From Carcharhinus longimanus (taxonomy: Eukaryota): 64,000 nt of DNA. Made by a program: the position numbers and the translations under genes. The DNA lies in the NCBI GenBank assembly GCA_030264375.1, contig JASCQW010000081.1, positions 58,763,856 to 58,827,855 of the forward strand. The letters are read 5' to 3'. Below the pieces are notes generated by a model. It had not been told where the DNA came from and ran no database searches. It saw only the letters and a program-made list of their open reading frames with translations. Shown piece after piece: positions 25,001 to 37,000 of this stretch (positions within the stretch are counted from its first letter, which is position 1; each line of letters starts with the position of its first letter).

Positions 25001-28000
25001 ACTTTAGGAAGGATATGAAGGCATTAGAGAGAATGCAGTAAACATTTGTGAAAATGATTCCAATTCAGTAGATTCCAAAAGTTAGGACTGTTTTCCTTGG
25101 AGAAGAGAGGATTGAGAGGAAGTTGGATAGGGGTATTTAAAATCATGAGGTGATTGGTCAGGGTAAATGGCAAGAAATTGGTAGAAGTCTAGAGAACCAC
25201 AGAGGGCACAGATGACAGAAGTAGTAGTTGGGACATGAGGAAAACCAATTTCATATGGCAGGTTGTCAAGACGTGAAATATGGCCAAGTGTGATGGAAGC
25301 TTGTTCAAATGAGGCGTTTGTAAAGGAACAATATGAAGGGCTATGGAGGGAAGGCACTATATAACTGCTCTTTTAGACAGCTACAGTAGACATGGTGACC
25401 AAATGCCCTCCTATGCTATAACCATTCTGTGATTCTAACTGGTTTAGATATTCTTGGCTGGATCACATCAAGCAATATTCGGTTTTACTCTGCTTTGCCA
25501 AAACTGTCCACTAAGATTGTCTGGAATTGCAGGATAACCACTTAATGCTTTTTTGCACTAACAATCATGCCTTTCATCTCCATAAAATATAAGGAGCATA
25601 AGGACTTGTTAAGGTAGTGAACACCCTGATTTGGCTGCATCTTTCATTCCCTTGCCTACCATGGTGAGCTTTCCTCAAGATATCCCAGTCCTAACCTTGA
25701 CCTTGCTTATTTTTCTCTCGTATACTTCAGAACTCTCTTCATGCACACTCCCAACTTATTTTGTTTTAAAGACTCAGCTCTGGCTATCTCAAACCTATTC
25801 TTAGTAAACGCTTGACTTCCCAGTTTGCCATGCTAGCATGATTGGAAACTGTTCATAAGAACATAAGAACATAAGAAATAGGAGCAGGAGTAGGCCACCT
25901 AGCCCTTCGAGCCTGCCCCGNNNNNNNNNNNNNNNNNNNNNNNNNNNNNNNNNNNNNNNNNNNNNNNNNNNNNNNNNNNNNNNNNNNNNNNNNNNNNNNN
26001 NNNNNNNNNNNNNNNNNNNNTTGAACAATTGTAGAATGCTTTACCTCCATACCCTTCTTGAATTGCTGCCTTTGACATGATCAACTAGAGCATTGTTCCT
26101 TCTCCCCAGATACTGTTTCCCCCTTGCTTTCAAATCTTTATCAATCCCTGCTCCTGAAAAGATTCACCCTTGGTCCCTCTGCCCTTGCATCATCTTTCCC
26201 TTCTACAAGCTCCCTTTACTTCAAATCAATGAACATATTGTCACCCCCCAAATCTGTGCTACCTATCCTGAAACTCTTTATTTGAACCTTGCCAGTCGGG
26301 TTTCTGTCCCCGCCACTCCACTAAAATGTTCTTGATAAAAGTTACAAATTAAATCCCCTTTGAACAATTGTAGAATGCTTTACCTCCATACCCTTCTTGA
26401 ATTGCTGCCTTTGACATGATCAACTAGAGCATTGTTGTCCAGTGTTTCTCCTCCATTTGTTATACCTTGCTTGCTTCCCCTTGTAATCTATCCATTCATA
26501 GCTGGAGAATCTCTAATTCTTCTCTTCCCACTTCCACACTGCTATCTTTTAGAAATTTGTCTTTGACAAACACAAATATTGCCATCCACCCAGCTACCCC
26601 AATCCCACTATTTCTCATCTACAGGTCGTGCCTTGGCAACACTACCTAAAGACATAACGACCGGTTTCACATTTATGCTTGACAGCACTGAGCTCTACCC
26701 AATGACCACTTCTCATGACCCCTGACAGTCATTTGGAATTGATAGATTAAATATCGAATTGCCTCTTAGTTTTCACACACTAACCAAATCTAAAATAATA
26801 TCCAGGAATGGGAAAGATGATTGACCTACTATTTTTTCAAGATCAGTTCCATCATTTTGCAGCATCCTTCAAATTGCTCTCCCTTGAGAAATGCATACAA
26901 CTTATATCCTTCATGATAATGTCTTAATTCCCTGGATTTGTTTTGAAAGTTTCTTTCATTGTCTTAAAAACTTTGAAATTGGATCAACTTGAGGCCTCCC
27001 TCTTCCTTTAAAAAAAGACAATTTCCTTTTCCCTGTAACTTTTTTTCTCTATTACCGTTAATTATTTTGTTGCTTCTCTTCAAGCAATAATATCCTTCTC
27101 ATGATAAGTTGGTAGAATTGCACAGAATACTTGCGTGGAGTCTGACTACTGCCTTATTTTGGTTTGTGGTCTCTCCCTTGGCTAATGCAGCCCAGTAATG
27201 TTGTTTGTCTTTTTAATGCAGCTAAGTACGATTTGAAGTTGGACTTATTAATTATAGACTTATTAACCCAACTCTAGATCTCTTCCAAATCTGTCAGACT
27301 ATTTATCAGATGCCTTTGTCTCCTTATTTCCATGTTAAATTATCTTGTGCTGAATTTATACTGAATTTCACTTGAACCATAGTCTTTTGATTGCTATATA
27401 TAATGTCCCCTGCAATAATGGTATCTATTTTTACAACTAACAGCAGTTGTGTCCTAAGTACAATCTTTTAGATACATATTTTGACTTGAAGATAATAAAT
27501 GCAAAATGGCTGTTATTAGGTAGAACCAGAGAATGGTTACAGTGCAGATGGCAGCTATTTGGCCCATTGTGTCGATGAACGCTCTGAAAGAGCAACTCAC
27601 CTAGAGCATTGTCACGAGCCACGTGGATGTTACCTGAGAGGTGTCTCAACTTGACACACCGGTGCATGGTGGTATATGGTTTTGTTTTTGGAATGGTTTG
27701 AAGGGTCATATGAAACCCCCAGTGAGAATAACTTGTCTAGTTGTCATGTAACAATTACTAAAGGTATTTATTAAACAAGGAAAAAGACGAATATGGCTAT
27801 AATACTGTATCTGATTAACTATAATTAACTATACGAATTATGAAACAACATAAGCACAGTTGATGTAGAAATTATCTCTTGTTCCAAAATCTATATGTGA
27901 TCCCTGAAACTGGGAAGAGTTTTCTGTTCCCAAACAACATGCAAATTAAATAAATCTAAAATCAAATCCAGTTTATAGTTGGCACACAATACAAGGCAGG

Positions 28001-31000
28001 TGAACAAGTCTGAGAAATGTCTTTTTCTGGTCGAACAAAGATATTTAAACCGCCTTTACAAAGGTTTCTGCACTACCTTGACTTTAAGACATCATGGACG
28101 TTAAAATGGCCTCTGCTATGAGATGTTAAACTGGCATATCGACTCTTGGATGTTAGACTGCCTTGCCTGCTTCTGCAGGTGCTGGCAATCATACCCTGGT
28201 TCATCCTTGATACGCCCTTCTGTGTATTTGGGCTGTCTGCATCTTTCGCAATCCATGACACTCAAAATTAGCATCTGTATACCTCCACTGATCCCTCGGT
28301 TGTCTAGGTAAGCTGTTTTCTGATGACAGTGCTTGTTAAATTCTTGTTCCTGTTGTTACTTGGCAGATCCAAGATAGCGTTGTGTCACAATTGTTGCTAA
28401 TACCTCATAACAGCCATTTTGCCTTCAATACTCAGGATGAATATGGAATATTCCATATATTATTCAGAAATATCTTGAGCTCATTATTAACATGATTCAT
28501 AGAAATATGAAATACAAGATTAAAAATACATAATAAGCCTTAAAACAGCAAGTGCATCACCAGAAACAGACCACTCAGTCCAACTGTGCTCTATGCTAAC
28601 ATTTATACTCCCCATGAACCTCCTGTTAGCTTATTTCATCTAATCTTATCAGCAATATTTATTTTCTTTCTCCCTTATGTACTTGTCTTGTCTCCCCTTA
28701 ATTGTATTTGTACTATTTGTCTCAACCACTCGTAAAAAATACATTCCACGTTCTAACCTCCCTTTGGAGGTTTTTCTCGATTGGATTTATTGTATTTACT
28801 TGTGAGTATTACATTTATTAACTCTAGTATTGGATTCCTCCCACAAGTGGGAACAATTTCTAATGACCTCTCTCCTGTGCCTTGAGAGATGAGTTCTATT
28901 TAAGCTTCTTCAGATAAGTATATCCTTTCAGTTCTGGTATCACTCATACAATTCTTTATTGCCATGATGTGGAGAAACCGGTGTTGGACTAAGGTGGACA
29001 CAGTAAGAAGTCTCACAACATCAGGTTGAAGTCCAACAAGTTTATTTGGTAACACGAGCTTTTGGAGTGCTGCTCCTTCATCAAGTGAGTTATGTTGACT
29101 CGCCTGATGAAGGAGCAGCGCTCTGAAAGCTCGTGCTACCAAATAAACTTGTCGGACTTTAACCTGGTGTTGTGGGATTTCTGATTCTTTATTGTTCTTT
29201 TTCCAGTACCTTCTCTTAATATGAAGAATAGAACTGTGCACAACACTAAGTGTGGCAACACGATAAGTTTTGATTATGTAAATCCAGGAAGTGTTCCTGA
29301 AATTTAAAGAAGACAATTTTTAAAATATTTTATATAAAATATTTAATATATAAATATATTTTATATATATGTGCTGGTTTGTATAGTAAGTGTAGAAAAG
29401 AATAATTATTTTCTTTTAACATTGAGGTATTTGAGAAAATAAAGAAGAGGAGCATGGCCCTGTCAGTGTCAATTCAAAACTATCTCATGCAACTTAAAAA
29501 GGTGAGGGCAAAAATCTGTATTTATTGATTTGATTTATTACTATCACATGTATTGGTATACAAAGTATTGTTTCTTGCATGCTATACAGACAAAATATAC
29601 CTTTCATAGAGTACATAGGGTAGAAAGAATGAAGAGGGTACAGAAAGTAATGTTACAGTCATACGCTGTAGAAAAAGATGAACTTGCTAAAAGGTTCACT
29701 CAAAAGTCTGAGGGCAGCAGGGAAGAAGCTGTTCTTGAGTTGGTTGGTATGTGACCTCAGACTGTTAATTGACACTTCTGTTCCCTATCACTTTTGGCCC
29801 AAAGGAATAAATAGAACATCCTATTGGGTGATGAGCAGAAATATTTGAGTGGTGTTCTATGTTGTGTGTTATCTGTACCACTTAAGTAGCAAGAAACACT
29901 GCACAGGAAAAAAAAGGCAAAAATGATTGACTTGAGGGGATGCATGTGTGTAACATTAAGCTCCAGTTTATATACTATTAAAATAGTAACCTACTCACTG
30001 CAGAAAATACACCAGTTATGTTCCCCTTTTGTCATTAGTTTTTTTAAGTGTGATGACTCAATACTGAAGTGCAGTATAAAATGGCTTGTTAACAAAGTTT
30101 GATTTTATTGTTAACAAAGCCATCTGGAAGTAATGATCGTGAGCAAGTAAGGTTGGACAATAATAGTTACTGATTATCATACTACCCTATTTTTGATTGT
30201 TTAATCATACCATTAAGTGAAAGTTGGTTTAAAAAATGATCAGGAAGGTCCCAGGATGAGGGTATCTCATTCCACACTGGGTGTGCTGATGTTCTGATGT
30301 CTGCGAATACTGGATTACACAATTTGTGGTCATGGGGGGCTGAGTTCATGCTTTCCTCTGGAAAAAATGGTTTGTAGATGCATTGGCTTATTTGTCTTGA
30401 ACTCATTCTTGGGAGAGGGCAGTGAATATATGCTCTCCTCGTTGCATTTCTGTGAATGAAGAACTAATACTTCATTCTTGGTATAATGTAGAATTTATAA
30501 TTCCTTTGGTGTTGTATACAAGTATCATTAATGCACCAGGATTTTCCAATCTTTTTGTACCTCGCTCTTAGTTTCTTGGTCATGTATTTTGCCAAGTATT
30601 GATTTTCATCGTTTTTTTTATCCACTGTCAATCACCAGCCTTTCCATTGCTCATCAGTAAAAGTAAGCAAAAGAAGTATCTTGGTAGCCATAAATAAAGT
30701 ATTATGTTTATTTTGTCCTGTTACTTTAAGATGCACATGTTGACCTGCCGTAGATACTGGAATAATTCCACCTTTGGTAGAACTCACTTCCTTCTCTCAT
30801 CAAAAAAGCAATCCTATCTGGCTGCATTACGAAAACAGGAATTGTTGGTGTAGCCATGCAAGGAAGATTAAGCATGATTTTATGTTGCTGCTGCAATTTG
30901 AATAACAGCAGACAATCTGGGACATTTGTTGGTTACTTAGCATCTTGAATATGCATTTACCAACTTTTGTTTGGTGAACTTCATGTCCAGTGAGACTTTT

Positions 31001-34000
31001 TTAAACACGTGTTAAAATCTCTATTTGAAATATATCCTTTTAGTTGAAGGCTTAAAAATAGCTTATTCGTGTTTTTTTTGGATTCTGAAGACAACACAAG
31101 CAGAATTTCTGTCGAATATGCAGTGATTAGGGTTTCAGAATGGTTTGTTGCATTTAATGTATTTTTTTAATTATTTGACCAGCAATGTCAGAAGCAGAAT
31201 CCTGCATATGCTAGAAATCTGAAATAAAAACAGTGTTGAATAAGCTTAGCTGGTCTGGCAGCATCTCTCTCCACAGATTGACCAGGAAATTTGTTGGATG
31301 AATTCCCAGTGTGTGCTGAACCAGCTTATCTCAGGTGGAAAGCTATGTAAACACTTCAGGTTAGACTTATTGTCCCAAAGATAAGGAAGCGGAAAAATGG
31401 TTTGGTTTTCTGTGTCTGACATTCAATGAAAATATTAGTGATTTGAAGATATTGCCTGTCATCTGGTTTGGACACAGCTGTGGCGCACTCCTCGTTTTTT
31501 AACACTCGCTGTGCAGGCTTTCAGAGTGAATTCTGTGTTGAGGTACAGTAGTATCTTGCAAATAGAGTTTGGCACTCGGAGCATTTTCTTTCAACAGAGA
31601 AAATAATTAAAACAGTGGTAAAGGGGAGCGAGTACAATAACTTGCAACAGCTTACTGCAAGTGCCATTTCACCTGTATTACTATATCCAATCCCTGTGTT
31701 CAAAAATGCATTTAACAAGAACCATAGTAAAAAGACTTACTTGCATTTTATATCTCACCTTCACAATTTCAGGACATCCCAAAGTGCTTCACAGTCAACG
31801 AAGTGTCTTTGACATGCACTTTTTTGTATGGACAGCAACATGGCAGTTAATTTGCACAACACAAGCTCTCACAAACAGCAATGTGATAACCAAATCTGTT
31901 TTTGTGATAATGGATGAGGGATGAATATTGGCCAACTCCCCTGCTTTTTTTAAATACTGCCATGGGATCTTTTACATTCACCTGAGAGAACAGATGGAGC
32001 CTTAATTTGATGACTCATCAGAAAGATGGATGTGTTCCAACTGGTGCAGTATTCCCTCACCAGTGAAATGCAATGTCAGCATTTTTTTTGTGCTAAAGTT
32101 CTGCAATAGGTCTTGAACCCACANNNNNNNNNNCCGACTTGGTAAGAGTGCAACAACTGAGCTGTGGCTGATTGTTACAAAAACTGCAAATGCTGAAGAA
32201 ACTCAGCAGGTCTGACAGCATCTGTGAAGAGAGAATAGAGCCAATGTTTTGAGCCTGGATTATCCTTGGTCAGTGTTCATTGTGTGCAATAAATGAAATA
32301 AACCTGTAAAGCATCACTGTGAGTGTAATCTGTAGTAGCATTTTTTAAAAAAATGTTGAAGTAGTTTGTTTTTTAGAAAAACAAACTGGGTTTTCCCAAT
32401 GATAAAAATTACACATCTTTGTGATATTCATGCCCCTTTAATATGTAGGGGAATAGTTTTATATGCTGAACTTGCTGCAGAGTGGGAATGCCGAAAAAGG
32501 ATATTTTCTAAGCTAGAGCAGCAGATCTAATCACCATAAAAAAAAGTTTTTAAAAGTTAGTTAAATTTTTGAGTTTTACTTGGGCAAGTGGAGTGCCAGA
32601 GCTATTTTGAAGTTTCCTTTCATTTTACAATTAGTGTAGCTTTTCTAAAAAAAAAGCTAAGCAACTTTAAAATTTAAGTGATAACTTGCCAGTGCAGCAG
32701 CAACATTTAGAATTACAATTTATTTATTTGTAGTATTTAATTGCCAATTAGGGTTAAGTGGCCATTAATAAGCAAATTGTTTAAATAACAAAAATCTACA
32801 TTGTAACTTTAGGAAATAATATATAGAACCATGATTTATTTGCTACCTATTTTGAAATGCTATAATTTAATCTGACATTACTGTAATTTGTTGTGTGGTC
32901 CTTTTGAATATTTTTGTATATACTAATTTTGCACCCCAACTTGAAGTAAATTAATTCAAATTTTCCAGTTTTAATATAAAATGTACAGAATTTGATAATT
33001 CTATACAATGACATTGTGACTTTGGGTCTATCCATATGTTCCCACCTATTGTGGATTGGATGCTCAATGGAAATCTTATCTGCACAAGACCAGATTCTGT
33101 TATCTCCAACAACAGCCTCTTCTTTGACTGAGCACAAACAATTTGTAGATTAAGCTAGCATAAACAATATGAAATCTGCATTTCCTATCGTATTAATTGG
33201 AATCCGTAAAAAGATTAATGATTGAAATCCTTTTTTAAAAATTACTTGTCAAAATGTCTTTTTCCGTTACTCTGCGAATGGATTCTGTTATTTGTCATCA
33301 ATTAGGCCTGTTATTCAGGAGATACATATGGTGTTGTCGCTACAGGAACACAGTTTTGGTGCTGAGTAATTTAGTTTTTGCGGTCATTAAACTTGTTTTG
33401 GTAACACCATTGCATTCAACTTAAATCGGGAAATTAATGCGAATTCAGCTAGTACATTTCAAATTGCAAGCTTTTTGGCATTTGAACATGGAGTGCAATA
33501 GAAAATAACCTTGGTTTGCAAAACAACTGGCATCAGACGCAGGAAAAAACGTTTTCTTCCTGGAACAAAGGAATCCACTGGCTACTTATATTGCAATGTG
33601 TGATTTATTGAAGTGGGCAGAGTAAAGTGNNNNNNNNTCTCCTGTCATGGCCAGTTCTTTGTTACCTATGTGAAATACACAAAGCAAACTGTCAAGCGGA
33701 AATGTTTATATCACAGGCACAGGACCACGTGGTTATCGATTTCTTTTGAAAGGCTACTTTTGTTTGTTAAACTTGTTTTTAAAAAAATGTTTTTAGTTTA
33801 TTTCCCAATTTGAATTGATGTTTGGCTTGAAAGTATAATGAAATTGTACATTAGGTTATGTTTGGATGTCCTTTTATTATGTCTGCTACTGAAAGTGGGT
33901 GCATTTCAAAAACTAATAGATGGATTTCAATGAAATTTGATACAGATAGGGTATGGCTAAAGGAAGATTGGATTACTTTTTGGTGAAGATGCAGATCCTT

Positions 34001-37000
34001 ATCCTGGAATTTTTTTAAGGATCAGTTAACATTGAGAGAGGGAGGGCCAACTTAATTTTTTGTTTAGAAGTAGTAGGTTGTTTTATTTAGAATGTTGGTT
34101 GTTTCAGAAGTTCTGGATTGTCTCAGATGTTGTGTTGGAATTTGTCACAGCTGTGAAATGTGAGCCATGTTTCTAGGGCAGGTTGATGGGAATGGATTGA
34201 CCTGAAGTCACCTTTGAGTTGGAAGCTCTTAGTAAGATTTATTTTTCCAGCTTTGCGGTTACAGAGCTTGAATCAGATGGGGGAAAAGCATCAGGAAGAG
34301 TTGTGTAATTGTCATAATGTTCACACAGTGAGGAGGATGATCCACTCCACTCGATGCCCTTTTTATTTGAGTGGAATTGTATGCAATAGACATTTAATAT
34401 TATGGACTTGGCATAAATTTCACTCAGTACAAGTTTATACCAAGGAATCTGTGTATTAATTTTATGGCAATTTTCTTGCCTGCTTTCCCAAATTTTATTA
34501 TGTTGATAATTGAGGTTTCCAATTACGAGTGTTGCATCAATGTGAAGCCTGGATCTGATGGAGAGCTTTTAAAACCATGACATTACAACTTTATTCATAA
34601 AAATAATTTTGCATATGTATTGTTTGTATTTTACCAGTCCTAACAAGATCAATTGAGCCTAACTTTTGTCTGTATTGACAGAAATGTATAAATTATAATC
34701 AGAGAAATTCACAGCATGGGACAATACAGAATTCAGTCCATCCTTCCTCTGCCATCTCTTGACCAAATTAATCCACTATATAGAATTAGATGGAAATTAC
34801 TATGTAGAACTTTGCTTAAGCAGCGCTAGTTTGTGTTTGTCCTCCACTCTCCCATCTGACTGCCCTGTTTCCCATTTCCCAAACAGGGGAGACAATGGCC
34901 TTGTGGTATTATCGCTAGAATATTAATCTAGAAATTCAGCTGATGTTCTGGGGACCTGGGTTGGAAAGATGACCATTGTTGATTGTCGGAAAAACCCATC
35001 TGGTTCACCAATGACCTTTTAGGGAAGGAAATCTGCTGTCCTTACCTGGTCTGGCCTACATGTGACTCCAGAGCTACAGCAATGTGGTTGACTGCCTTCT
35101 GAAATGGCCTAGCAAATAATTCAGTTCAGGGGCAAATGGGATGGGCAATAAATGCTGGCCAGCCAGCCACACCCTTGTCCCATGAATGAATTAAAAACAA
35201 ATTATTTCCCAATGTATATATCCTATTCTTGATTATTGATCTGTAATGCATACCAGAATTACAGTATTTCTATTGATGTATTTTGACTCTTATAATATCT
35301 TTGTTTTAGAGTTTTAATAGAATCCATCTAAAACAGCCATCCATTTCTTTTTTGCCTTCCCATCTCCAAATCCTGTCCAAATTTAATCCTATAGTAATGG
35401 AAGTTTGCTTAGCTCTGTGCACACGTGAAGATAAAAATGAAAAATTATAAATGTTGGAAATTTAAAGTAAGTGAATTTATAAGAGGTCAGTCAATATCTA
35501 ACAGAGCACATTTGTTTTGGGATAAATCTTTCTGATGAAGAATCATACCTTACTACAAATGGTAACTATCTCTTTTGGTTGCAAATCAATCTGTGATGCA
35601 GTCCCAACAGTCAGATCATGCAGTAGATTTTGGGGCTGGTGTATTTTCCATGCTTTTTTAGCAAATTGTTGGTCTTTTGCATAACTTTTGTTTTTATTTG
35701 TCATTTTTTCCCACCACACCACAAAGAGTAATAACAGCAAACTCCAATTGTTCATTAAAAATGCTGCAAACTTTGGAATTTCTGCTTATTGAGCAAGTTA
35801 ATTTTCAAATAGTTTTGTATGAACGTGCTAAAGGTAAATTAAGTATTTAATTGCTGAGTGGAAGTTGGCACCATCACCTATTATTGAGCAATAAATTTGA
35901 GGCATTGGTTAATCATTTTAGCTGTTTTATGATCAGAAGCCATTGGATATGACTTTTCTCCATTTGTTTCTAGTGGTGACCATAAAAAGGCCCTGCCATT
36001 TTGCTTTGGTTATTCCCTGAAGCTTTCACATATTACATGTGACCAAGGTAGACTGAAATGAAACCTTTTTAATGAATTTGCTTTACTATTTACCGGTGCA
36101 GAATGTAGTTGTAAGGATGTGATTTTTAAACTTTATTCCTCCTCTCCGATTCCTCCACTCTGCTCTCCCCACCACCTCCTTGGTCTTACCACTCTCTTCT
36201 GACTTATACCTTGGAAAAAGACTTGTAGATATTTATCATTTTGGAATCCCACTAGCTTCCAAACCAAAGGATGAGGTATATTTTTGACATGGAATAGAAA
36301 TACACTTCCAAAAGGGTTTCAAGGTAAGTCTCAACTTAACATTAGACTTAATGTACTGTGGTTTGTTGCAAAGAAGAAATATAGAAATGAAGGTTGTGAT
36401 TACATAATACTGAATGTTGTGCTCATTAGCTCACCAGCTTTAAAAGTTTTGACGGGCTAGTATTGCATTGCATTGCATATTGTAATTGAGTACATCTTAA
36501 GGTCAATCTGATTTGTGTTTAAGGTGAATTAAATAAAAGCATTTGTTGAAATGGGACGATGATGTGAAAAGTTATGACTACGTGCCAAAGCAGCATTGTT
36601 GAATTTACTGATTGGTGCAGCTTAGAGTATCTGACTCATTTTTTTTTTATTATGTTTAATAAATTTCTAGAAGAAGACAGGTACCCTAATGTTAGAATGT
36701 CCAACCTGGCACCCAAGTTCCATAAAGAACCTGAACAGTGCTGGTGGTGAATTGAAAAAGTTTAATGAAAGTTACCACAAGATGTATCAGATGATAACTT
36801 CTGTGCTGAGAGGTAAAATATTTTAAATTGTGCCTTTTAAACATTCTAATGATAGAGAAGCCTATCTGGAATAATTTTCTCACTTGCAGATAAATTTTTT
36901 GAGTTGCGATTGTTTTCAAATTTGATGCTAGGCTCATTTGTTAAACTGCTAGCACCCACCAATGCAATCCAGTACAATTTATGAACTTGTGTTTGAATAG

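Larger units (their letters stand above)
21840..25436 (+). mobile_element. Nested CR1 LINEs: outer (21840-23060 plus 24921-25436), inner (about 23085-24920)
   Basis: ESQHGF, YLDFQKAF, SKFADN, RPHLEYCVQFWS motifs. The outer copy breaks at ...gcatagaata and resumes at taaaaccaagg...; two separate 3' tails. Confidence 0.9.
21390..26700 (+). mobile_element. Old L2-like LINE remnant split by a nested CR1 cluster (own segments about 21390-21830 and 25437-26700)
   Basis: C/T-rich; LGDFNLH-like endonuclease motif near 21417; LL..AAFD.I-like RT motif near 26395; heavily decayed. Confidence 0.5.
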
